From the NCBI RefSeq assembly GCF_036365525.1, contig NC_090399.1, positions 66,458,862 to 66,522,861 of the forward strand: a stretch of DNA of 64,000 nucleotides, read 5' to 3'. Below the pieces are notes generated by a model, which worked only from the letters and a program-made list of their open reading frames with translations, was not told where the DNA came from and did no database searches. Shown one piece after another: positions 10,540 through 21,300 of this stretch. Made by a program: the position numbers and the translations under genes. The first letter of the stretch is position 1, and each line of letters opens with the position of its first letter. Source of the stretch: Heterodontus francisci. Taxonomy: Eukaryota.

Positions 10540-11739
10540 CTCCTTTGGCCTCCTTATCTCGAAAGACACTGGGTAAGCGCCTAGAGGTGGTCAGTGGTTT
10601 GTGGAGCAGCGCCTGGAGTGGCTATAATGGCCAATTCTAGAGTGACAGACTGTTTTTATTTATTTATTTTGAGATACAGCACTGAAACAGGCCGTTCGGC
10701 CCACCGAGTCTGTGCCGACCATCAACCACACATTTATACTAATCCTACATTAATCCGATATTCCTACCACATCCCCACGATTCCCCTACCACCTACCGAT
10801 ACTAGGGGAAATTTATAATGGCCAATTTACCAATCAACCTGCAAGTCTTTGGCAAGTCTTCCACAGGCGCTGCAGATAAAATTGGTTGTCGGGGCTGTTG
10901 CACAGTTGGCTCTCTCCTTGCGCTTCTGTCTTTTTTTCCTGCCAACTGCTAAGTCTCTTCGACTCACCACTCTTTAGCCCCACCTTTATGGCTGCCCGCC
11001 AGCTCTGGCGATTACTGGCAACTGACTCCCACGACTTGTGATCAATGTCACAGGACTTCATGTCGCGTTTGCAGACGTCTTTAAAGCGGAGACAATGACG
11101 GCCGGTGGGTCTGATACCAGTGGCGAGCTCACTGTCCAATGCATCCTTGGGGATCCTGCCATCTTCCATGCAGCTCACATGGCCAAGCCATCTCAAGCGC
11201 CGCTGGCTCAGTAGGGTGTATATGCTGGGGGTGTTGGCTGCCTCGAGGACTTCTGTGTTGCAGATGCGGTCCTGCCACCTGATGCCAAGGATTCTCTGGA
11301 GGCAGCGAAGATGGAATGAATTGAGACGTTGCTCTTGGCTGACATACGTTGTCCAGGCCTCGCTGCCGTAGAGCAAGGTACTGAGGACACAGGCTTGATA
11401 CACTCGGACTTTTGTGTTCCGTGTCAGTGCGCCATTTTCCCACACTCTCTTGGCCAGTCTGGACATAGCAGTGGAAGCCTTTCCCATGCGCTTGTTGATT
11501 TCTGCATCGAGAGACAGGTTACTGGTGATAGTTGAGCCTCGGTAGGTGAACTCTTGAACCACTTCCAGAGCGTGGTCGCTGATATTGATGGATGGAGCAT
11601 TTCTGACATCCTGCCCCATGATGTTCGTTTTCTTGAGGCTGATGGTTAGGCCAAATTCGTTGCAGGCAGCCGCAAACCTGTCGATGAGTCTCTGCAGGCA
11701 CTCTTCAGTGTTGGATGTTAATGCAGCATCATTAGCATC
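10540..11739 (-). mobile_element. RTE-clade LINE, 5'-truncated at the RT catalytic motif
   Basis: VYQACVLSTLLYGSEAW, FHLRCLQRILGIRWQD, RLRWLGHV..MEDGRIPK, RFKDVCKRDMK (RTE signature); 5' end reads A-N-D-A-A-L (degenerate ADDAAL) at ~11720-11737. Confidence 0.92.
10652..10857 (-). mobile_element. HE1/V-SINE-like element, 5'-truncated, nested in the RTE 3' end
   Basis: (TTTA)n tail, then TACAGCACTGAAACAGGCCGTTCGGCCCACCGAGTC matching the CR1 3' end at 1561-1600; body AATTTATAATGGCCAATTTACC..AACCTGCAAGTCTTTGG; RTE sequence rejoins as GACAGACT|CTTCCACAGG. Confidence 0.72.
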
Positions 11740-11925
11740 GAGGACTGAGATGACCTCAATGCCAGGCTGGGTACTGGGGTGTTAACCCTCGGTCAGTGGG
11801 TAATGGGGACTGAGAGGGTCTGAGTGCCAGGCTGGGTACTGGGGTATTAACCCTCGGTCAGTGGGTAATGGGGACTAAGAGGGTCTCAGTGCCAGGCTGG
11901 GTACTGGGATGTTAACCCTCAGTCA
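11740..11925. repeat. 65-bp minisatellite, right part (~3 units)
   Basis: GTGGGTAATG at 11796 and 11861 (period 65). Confidence 0.88.
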
Positions 11926-14681
11926 CAAAAAACAAGAGCAGGAGACCATTCAGCCCCTTAAGCCTGCTCCGCCATTCGAGAAGATCATGACTGATCTGAT
12001 TATGGCCTTAACTCCACTTTCCAGTCTACCCCCAAATCCCTTGATTCCCTTGTGAATCTAAAACCTAACCCTGCCTTGAATATATTCAATGACCCAGCCT
12101 CCACTGCTCTCTGGGGAAAAGAACTCCATCGACTAACAACCCTCTGAGAGCAAAGAAATTCACATCTCTGTCTTAAATGGGAGACCCCTAATTTTTAAAC
12201 TGTGTCCCCTAGTTCTAGTCTCTCCCACAAGGGGAAACATCCTCTCAGTATCCACCCTGTCAAGTCCCCTCAGGATCTTATATGTTTCAATAAGATCACC
12301 TCTCATTCTTCTAAACTCCAATGGGTACAGACCCAACCTGCTCAACCTTTCCACATAAAACAACCCCTTCATCTCAGGAATCAGACAAGTTGAACCTTCT
12401 CTGAACTGCTTCCAATGCAATGATATCCTTTCTTAAGTAAGGAGACCAAAACTGTACACAGTACTCCAGATGTGGTCTCTCCAAGGCCCCGTACAGCTGC
12501 AGCAAAACTTCTCTACTTTTACACTTGAATCCTGTTGCAATAAATGCCAACATTTCATTTGCCTTTCTAATCACTTGCTGTACCTGCATACTAACTTTTT
12601 GTGATTCATGTACCAGGACACCCAGATCCCTCTGTACCACCGAGTTCTGGAATCTCTCCATTTAAATAATATTCTGCTTTTCTACTGTCCCTGCTAAAGT
12701 GACTAAGTTCACATTTTCCCACATTATACTCCATCTGCCATATTTTTGCTCACTCACTTCACCTATCTATATCCCTGCGTAGACTCTTTACGTCCTTTTC
12801 ACAAGTTACTTTCCTACCTATCTTTGTGTCATGAGCAAATTTAGCAACTGTACCTTCAGTTCCTTCATCCAAGTCATTGATATAAATTGTAAATAGTACA
12901 GATCCCTGTGGCACTCCATTAGGTAGTTAGCCAACCCGAAAAAGACCCATTTATCCTGTTAGCTAACCAATCCTCTATCCATGCTAATATGTTACCCCCT
13001 ACACCATGAGCTCTTATTTTGTGTAGTAACATTTGATGTGGGTCCTTTATTAAATGCCTTTTGGAAATCCAAGTACACCACATCTACAGGTTCCCCTATC
13101 TCCACATTGTTCGTTACTCCCTCAAACAACTCTAATAAACTCACGCACCAGCCTGACTTGGAACTATATCGCCATTCCCTCACTGTCGCTGGGTCAAAAT
13201 CCTGGAACTCCCTTCCTAACAGCACTGTGGGTTCAGGAAGGCAGCTCACCAAGAAGGAAATTAGGGATGGGTAATAAATGCTGGCCTAGCCAGTGACAAC
13301 CGCATCCCATAAATGAATAAAAAAATTAGTCAAACATGATTTCCCTTTCACAAAACCATGTTGACTCTGCCTTATTGTATTGTGATTTTCTAAATGTCAT
13401 GCTATCAGCTCCTTTATAATGGATTATGGCATTTTCCCCTGTGACAGATGTTAGGCTAACTGGCCCATAGTTTCCTGCTTTCTGTCTCCCTCCTTTCTTG
13501 AATAGAGATGACACATTTGCAATTTTCTAATCTGCTGGGACCTTTCCAGTATCGAAAGAATTTTGGAAGATCATAACCACTACTTTCTCTGCAACCACTT
13601 CTTTTAGGACCCTAGGATACAAGCCAACAGGTCCAGGGGACTTGTCAGCCTTTCATTCTGATAGTTTTCCCAGTACTTTTTCCCCTAGTGATTGGCATTG
13701 TTTTAAGTTCCTCCCTCACTTTTACCTCTTGATCTTAAACTATTTTGGGGATTTTTTTGTGTCTTCTACAGTGAAGACAGACACAAAATACCTGTTCAAC
13801 ACTTCTGCTATTTCCTCATTTCCCAGTATTAATTCCCCAGTCTCACCCTCTAAGGGACCACACTCACTTTAGTTACTCTTTTCCTTTTTAAATACTTGTG
13901 GAGACTCTGACTCTGTTTTTATATTTCTAACTACCTTTCTCTCATACTTCAATTTCTCCCTCATTAACCTTTTAGTTATTTTTTGCTGGTTTCTAAAATC
14001 TGTCCAATCTTTGACCTACCAGTAATCTTCACAGTACTGTTCACTTTTTCTTTCAATGTGATACTGTCCTTAACTTCCTTCATTAGCCATGGACGGTGCT
14101 TCCTTCTCATATATTAAAAGTCTGCCACTGCTTCTCTACTGTTCTATCCTTTCACCTAATTTCCCAGTTTACTTTCACCAACTCTGTCCTCAAACTCTTC
14201 ATAATTGTCTTCATTTATGTTTCAGACACGAGTCTTAGACCCGCACTTGTCACCCTCAAACTGAATGTGAAATTCTATAATGTTATGATCACTGTTGCCT
14301 AGAGACTCCCTTACTATTGATCAATTGGCAGATATCCATTCACCAATATCAGGAAGCAGGAGACAGTCTCTGATCCACAACTGTTTTAGTCTCAATCCAC
14401 AGTTCAGTACAAATACCAGTTTCTATTCTTCCCTCCTGGACTAACTCCCTGTCCAGAAGTAGCTGCCCAACTTGGGGGTGGGTGGGGGGGAGCAGGGTAA
14501 ACCCAGCCCTTAAATACAAACTGCAATGAGCATTACCTGCTCTCTATTAACTCTGAAGTAAGTCCTGGTTAATTAAAGGGACCAGCATTTTCAACATGGT
14601 TAACTATGAGGTCATTAATTAATTCTGTCTCATTGCACATTCCCAGCTCTGAAATAACCTGCTCCCTGGTTAGCTCCAGAA
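11926..14681 (-). mobile_element. Second, more decayed CR1 LINE (different subfamily) with nested insertions
   Basis: LFKKGGRQKAGNYGPVSLTSV, VDVVYLDFQKAFNK, QRDLGVLV, RPHLEYCVQFWSP, LEFRRMRGDLIETYKIL; interrupted at 13140-13325 and ~14318-14600. The assignment of 14600-14681 to this element is from recalled CR1 sequence. Confidence 0.88.
13140..13325 (+). mobile_element. 3'-end fragment of the 8067-10034 LINE family inserted antisense into CR1
   Basis: CCTGACTTGGAACTATATCGCC...AAATCCTGGAACTCCCTTCC...TTAGGGATGGGTAATAAATGCTGGCCTAGCCAG...AATAAAAAAA is the reverse complement of 8067-8280 with internal deletions; CR1 resumes TTAGTCAAACATG. Confidence 0.85.
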
Positions 14682-15005
14682 CAGTATTGTCTAACCCTTT
14701 CAATTGGGCGGGGGCATATTACAATTTATGTCTTTCTTGGGGGGCCGGTGAGACAATTTAAGAAAGATAAAGGCATCAAAAAGTTATCTTGCTATTAATC
14801 AAAACAACAGCAAATGTGCATTTTTCTGAAGAAGCTTTAAATGAGAAGATTAATTTATTGTCTTACTTTCTCATCACTATGTTGGATATTGATTTAGTGA
14901 GATACTTGGCATTTTGTTGCTTGCACAAGTAGTCAGTGTCTGCCTGCACACATGAGGCGATGCAGAGTATTCTGGACAGATGTCCATCTGTCAGGAGTGA
15001 TCTCT
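14682..15005 (-). mobile_element. hAT (Charlie/SPIN-like) DNA transposon 3' fragment with terminal TIR-like end
   Basis: Terminus CAGTATTGTCTAACCCTTT (Charlie-like CAG...CAACCTTT); minus strand encodes RSLLTDGHLSRILCIASCVQADTDYLCKQ then, after a frameshift, CQVSH-stop, typical of hAT/GTF2IRD2-type transposase C-termini. Confidence 0.6.
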
Positions 15006-15310
15006 CTCTCCCAGTCTGTCTCTCTCCCTGTGTTGCCACCCCCCCCCCCCCCCCCACCCACGGTGTTGTTCTCCCCCTCTCTGTGTCGTCCTCGCTCTCT
15101 GTATCGCCCCCCTCTGTCCCCCCCATTCTCTCTTTGTGCCTGCCTCTCTCTATATCTCTCTCTCTGTCCTCCTCTCGCTCTGTTTCTGTCCCCCCCTCTC
15201 TGTGTCTCCCTCTCTCTCTCTGTCCCCATCTCTGTCCTGCCTCTCTCTCTCCCTGTTTCCACTGCCCCTCTCTGTTCCCGCTCTCTCTCTTTTCCCTCTT
15301 TCTCTCTCTC
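15001..15310. repeat. Pyrimidine-rich low-complexity tract with a C17 run (15039-15055)
   Basis: Degenerate (TC)/(TCTG)/(CCCC) sequence leading directly into the satellite. Confidence 0.85.
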
Positions 15311-18300
15311 TGTGGGGTTGGTGTTTTGGGGTTCATGCCCTGATGTCTATCTCTCGCTCTGTGGGGTTGGAGTTTTGGGGTTCATGCCCTGATGTCTATC
15401 TCTCTCTTTGGGGTTCATGCCCTGATGTCTCTCTCTCTCTGGGGTTGATGTTTTGGGGTTCATGCCCTGAAGTCTCTCTCTCTCTGGGGTTGATGTTTTG
15501 GGGTTCATGCCCTGATGTCTCTCTCTCTCTCTGCGGTTGATGTTTTGGGGTTCATGCCCTGATGTCTCTCTCTCTCTGGGGTTGATGTTTTGGGGTTCAT
15601 GCCCTGATGTCTCTCTCTCTCTCTTTGAGGTTGATGTTTCGGGGTTCATGCCCTGATGTCTCTCTCTCTCTTTGGGGTTGATGTTTTGGGGTTCACGCCC
15701 TGATGTCTCTCTCTCTGGGGTTGATGTTTTGGGGTTCATGCCCTGATGTCTCTTGCTGTCTGTGGGGTTGATGTTTTGGGATTCATGCCCTGATGTCTCT
15801 CTCTCTGTGGGTTTGATGTTTTGGGGTTCATGCCCTGATGTCTCTCTCTCTGTGGGGTTGATGTTTTGGGGTTCATGCCCTGATGTCTCTGTCTCTGGGG
15901 TTGATGTTTTGGGGTTCATGCCCTGATGTCTCTCTCTGTGTGGGGTTGATGTTTTGGGGTTCATGCCCTGATGTCCATCTCTCTCTCTCTGGGGTTGATG
16001 TTTTGGGGTTCATGCCCTGATGTCTCTCTCTCTCTGGGGTTGGTGTTTTGGGGTTCATGCCCTGATGTCTCACTCTTTCGCTGGGGTTGATGTTTTGGGG
16101 TTCATGCCCTGATGTCTCTCTCTTTCTCTGGGGTTGATGTTTTGGGGTTCATGCCCTGATGTCTCTCTCTCTGGGGTTGATGTTTTGGGGTTCATGCCCT
16201 GATGTCTCTCTCTCTGGGGTTGATGTTTTGGGGTTCATGCCCTGATGTCTCTCTCTTAGGGGTTGATGTTTTGGGCTTCATGCCCTGATGTCTCTCTCTC
16301 TCTGGGGTTGATGTTTTGGGGTTCATGCCCTGATGTCTCTCTCTCTCTGGGGTTGATGTTTTGGGGTTCATGCCCTGATGTCTCTCTCTCTCTGGGGTTG
16401 ATGTTTTGGGCTTCATGCCCTGATGTCTCTCTCTCTCTGGGGTTGATGTTTTGGGGTTCATGCCCTGATGTCTCTCTCTCTCTGGGGTTGATGTTTTGGG
16501 GTTCATGCCCTGATGTCTCTCTCTCTCTGGGGTTGATGTTTTGGGGTTCATACCCTGATGTCTCTCTCTCTGGGGTTGATGTTTTGGGGTTCAGGCCCTG
16601 ATGTCTCTCTCTCTCTCTCTCTCGGGTTCATGCCCTGATGTCTCTCTCTCTGGGGTTGATGTTTTGGGGTTCATGCCCTGATGTCTCTCTCTCTGGGGTT
16701 GATGTTTTGGGGTTCATGCCCTGATGTCTCTCTCTCTGGGGTTGATGTTTTGGGCTTCATGCCCTGATGTCTCTCTCTCTCTGGGGTTGATGTTTTGGGG
16801 TTCATGCCCTGATGTCTCTCTCTCTCTCTGGGGCTGGTGTTTTGGGGTTCATGCCCTGATGTCTCTCTCTCTGGGGTTGATGTTTTGGGTTCATGCCCTG
16901 ATGTCTCTCTCTCTCTGGGGTTGATGTTTTGGGGTTCATGCCCTGATGTCTCTTGCTGTCTGTGGGGTTGATGTTTTGGGGTTCATGCCCTGATGTCTCT
17001 CTCTCTGTGGGTTTGATGTTTTGGGGTTCATGCCCTGATGTCTCTGTCTCTGGGGTTGATGTTTTGGGGTTCATGCCCTGATGTCTCTCTCTGTGTGGGG
17101 TTGATGTTTTGGGGTTCATGCCCTGATGTCTCTGTCTCTGGGGTTGATGTTTTGGGGTTCATGCCCTGATGTCTCTCTCTCTCTGTGTGGGGTTGATGTT
17201 TTGGGGTTCATGCCCTGATGTCTCTGTCTCTGGGGTTGATGTTTTGGGGTTCATGCCCTGATGTCTCTCTCTGTGTGGGGTTGATGTTTTGGGGTTCATG
17301 CCCTGATGTCCATCTCTCTCTCTCTGGGGTTGATGTTTTGGGGTTCATGCCCTGATGTCTCTCTCTCTCTGGGGTTGGTGTTTTGGGGTTCATGCCCTGA
17401 TGTCTCTCTCTTTCGCTGGGGTTGATGTTTTGGGGTTCATGCCCTGATGTCTCTCTCTTTCTCTGGGGTTGATGTTTTGGGGTTCATGCCCTGATGTCTC
17501 TCTCTCTGGGGTTGATGTTTTGGGGTTCATGCCCTGATGTCTCTCTCTCTGGGGTTGATGTTTTGGGGTTCATGCCCTGATGTCTCTCTCTCTCTGGGGT
17601 TGATGTTTTGGGCTTCATGCCCTGATGTCTCTCTCTCTCTGGGGTTGATGTTTTGGGGTTCATGCCCTGATGTCTCTCTCTCTCTGGGGTTGATGTTTTG
17701 GGGTTCATGCCCTGATGTCTCTCTCTCTCTGGGGTTGATGTTTTGGGGTTCATGCCCTGATGTCTCTCTCTCTGGGGTTGATGTTTTGGGGTTCAGGCCC
17801 TGATGTCTCTCTCTCTCTCTCTCTCGGGTTCATGCCCTGATGTCTCTCTCTCTGGGGTTGATGTTTTGGGGTTCATGCCCTGATGTCTCTCTCTCTGGGG
17901 TTGATGTTTTGGGGTTCATGCCCTGATGTCTCTCTCTCTCTGGGGTTGATGTTTTGGGGTTCATGCCCTGATGTCTCTCTCTCTCTCTGGGGCTGGTGTT
18001 TTGGGGTTCATGCCCTGATGTCTCTCTCTCTGGGGTTGATGTTTTGGGTTCATGCCCTGATGTCTCTCTCTCTGGGGTTGATGTTTTGGGGTTCATACCC
18101 TGATGTCTCTATCGCTGGCGTTGATGTTTTGGGGTTCATGCCCTGATGTCTCTCTCTCATTGGGGTTGATTTTTTGGGGTTCATGCCGATGTCTCTCTCT
18201 TTGGGGTTGATGTTTTGGGGTTCATGCCCTGATGTCTCTCTCTCACTCTGGGGTCGGTGTTTTGGGGTTCATGCCCTGATGTCTCTCTCTTTGGGGTTCA

Positions 18301-21300
18301 TGCCCTGATGTCTCTCTCTCTCTTTGGGGTTGATGTTTTGGGGTTCATGCCCTGATGTCTCTCTCTTTGGGGTTGATGTTTTGGGGTTCATTCCCTGATG
18401 TCTCTCTCTTTGGGGTTCATGCCCTGATGTCTCTCTCTGGGGTTGATGTTTTGGGGTTCATGCCCTGATGTCTCTCACTCTCTGGGGTTGATGTTTTGGG
18501 GTTCATGCCCTGATGTCTCTCTCTTTGGGGTTCATGCCCTGATGTCTCTCTCTCTTTGGGGTTGATGTTTTGGGGTTCATGCCCTGATGTCTCTCTCTTT
18601 GGGGTTCATGCCCTGATGTCTCTCTCTCTCTGGGGTTGATGTTTTGGGGTTCATGCCCTGATGTCTCTCTCTCACTCTGGGGTCGGTGTTTTGGGGTTCA
18701 TGCCCTGATGTCTCTCTCTCTCTCTGGGGTTGATGTTTTGGGGTTTTTGCCCTGATGTCTCTCTCTCTGGGGTTGATGTTTTGGGGTTCATGTCCTGATG
18801 TCTCTCTCTTTGGGGTTCATGCCCTGATGTCTCTCTCTCTTTGGGGTTGATGTTTTGGGGTTCATGCCCTGATGTCTCTCTCTTTGGGGTTGATGTTTTG
18901 GGGTTCATGCCCTGATGTCTCGCTATTTGGGGTTGATGTTTTGGGGTTCTTGCCGATGTCTCTATCTTTGGGGTTGATGTTTTGGGGTTCTTGCCGATGT
19001 CTCTATCTTTGGGGTTGATGTTTTGGGGTTCATGCCCTGATGTCTCTCTCTCTCTGGGGTTGATGTTTTGGGGTTAATGCCCTGATGTCTCTCTCTTTGG
19101 GGTTGATGTTTTGGGGTTCATGCCCTGATGTCTCTCTCTCTCTGGGGTTGATGTTTTGGGGTTCATGCCCTGATGTCTCTCTCTCTTTGGGGTTGATGTC
19201 TTGGGGTTCATGCCCTGATGTATCTCTCTTTGGGGTTCATGCCCTGATGTCTCTCTCTCTGTGGGGTTGATGTTTTGGGGTTCATGCCCTGATGTCTCTC
19301 TCTTTGGGATTCATGCGCTGATGTCTCTCTCTCTGTGGGGTTGATGTTTTGGGGTTCATGCCCTGATGTATCTCTCTTTGGGGTTCATGCCCTGATGTCT
19401 CTCTCTCTGTGGGGTTGATGTTTTGGGATTCATGCCCTGATGTCTCTCTCTCTTTGGGGTTGATGTTTTGGGGTTCATGCCCTGATGTCTCTCTCTCTTT
19501 GGGGTTGATGTTTTGGGGTTCATGCCCTGATGTCTCTCTCTCACTCTGGGGTTGATGTTTTGGGGTTCATGCCCTGATGTCTCTCTCTCTCTGGGGTTGA
19601 TGTTTTGGGGTTCATGCCCTGATGTCTCTCTCTCTTTGGGGTTGATGTTTTGGGGTTCATGCCCTGATGTCTCTCTCTTTGGGGTTCATGCCCTGATGTC
19701 TCTCTCTCTTTGGGGGTTGATGTTTTGGGGTTCATGCCCTGATGTCTCTCTCTTTGGGGTTTATGTTTTGGGGTTCATGCCCTGATGTCTCTCTCTCTGG
19801 GGTTGATGTTTTGGGGTTCATGCCCTGATGTCTCTCTCTTTGGGGTTGCTGTTTTGGGGTTCATGCGCTGATGTCTCTCTCACTTTGGGGTTGATGTTTT
19901 GGGGTTCATGCCCTGATGTCTCTCTCTTTGGGGTTGATGTTTTGGGGTTCATGCCCTGATGTCTCTCTCTGGGGTTGATGTTTTGGGGTTCATGCCCTGA
20001 TGTCTCTCTTTGGGGATGATATTTTGGGGTTCATGCCCTGATGTCTCTCTCTCTGTGGGGTTGATGTTTTGGGGTTCATGCCCTGATGTCTCTCTCTCTG
20101 TGGGGTTGATGTTTTGGGGTTCATGCCCTGATGTCTCTCTCTCTCTGGGGTTGATGTTTTGGGGTTCATGCCCTGATGTCTCTCTCTATGTGGGGTTGAT
20201 GTTTTGGGGTTCATGCCCTGATGTCCATCTCTCTCTCTCTGGGGTTGATGTTTTGGGGTTCATGCCCTGATGTCTCTCTCTCTCTGTGGGGTTGATGTTT
20301 TGGGGTTCATGCCCTGATGTCTCTCTCTCTCTGGGGTTGATGTTTTGGGGTTCATGCCCTGATGTCTCTCGCTGTCTGTGGGGTTGATGTTTTGGGATTC
20401 ATGCTCTGATGTCTCTCTCTCTCTGGGGTTGATGTTTTGGATTTCATGCCCTGATCTCTCTCTCTCTGGGGTTGATGTTTTGGGGTTCATGCACTGATGT
20501 CTCTCTCTCTCTGGGGTTGATGTTTTGGATTTCATGCCCTGATCTCTCTCTCTCTGGGGTTGATGTTTTGCGGTTCATGCCCTGATGTCTCTCTCTCTGG
20601 GGTTGATGTTTTGGGGTTCATGCCCTGATGTCTCTCTCTTTGGGGTTGATGTTTTGGGGTTCATGCCCTGATGTCTCTCTCTCTGGGGTTGATGTTTTGG
20701 GGTTCATGCCCTGATGTCTCTCTCTTTAGGGTTGATGTTTTGGGGTTCATGCCCTGAAGTCTCTCTCTCTTTGGGGTTGATGTTTTGGGGTTCATGCCCT
20801 GATGTCTCTCTCTTTGGGGTTGATGTTTTGGGGTTCATGCCCTGATGTCTCTCTCTCTCTGGGGTTGATGTTTTGGGGTTCATGCCCTGATGTCTCTCTC
20901 TTTGGGGTTGATGTTTTGGGGTTCATGCCCTGATGTCTCTCTCTCTTTGGGGTTGATGTTTTGGGGTTCATGCCCTGATGTCTCTCTCTTTGGGGTTGAT
21001 GTTTTGGGGTTCATGCCCTGATGTCTCTCTCTTTGGGATTGATGTTTTGGGGTTCATGCCCTGATGTCTCTCTCTCTCTGGGGTTGATGTTTTGGGGTTA
21101 ATGACCTGATGTCTCTCTCTTTGGGTTTGATGTTTTGGGGTTCATGCCCTGCTGTCTCTCTCTCTTTGGGGTTGATGTTTTGGGGTTCATGCTTGGATGT
21201 CTCTCTCTTTGGGGTTCATGTTTTGGGGTTCATGCCCTGATGTCTCTCTCTTTGGGGTTGATGTTTTGGGGTTCATGCCCTGATGTCTCTCTCTTTGGGG

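Noticed and set aside
10623-10827. 14-bp identity TATAATGGCCAATT in RTE (10623-10636) and SINE (10814-10827)
   Set aside because: Not positioned at the insertion junctions, so not a TSD; probably chance.
8101-11619. 259-aa and 261-aa ORFs as active retrotransposon or domesticated genes
   Set aside because: C-terminal fragments of 5'-truncated, frameshifted LINEs lacking endonuclease and an intact RT core.
12992-13252. 86-aa ORF with RT-like motifs
   Set aside because: Chimeric reading across the junction of a nested LINE tail and CR1.
14975-14992. Hairpin GACAGATG-TC-CATCTGTC containing the satellite variant GATGTCCATCT
   Set aside because: Lies within the hAT transposase remnant (LTDGHLS); an 11-bp match is too short to claim it as the satellite seed.
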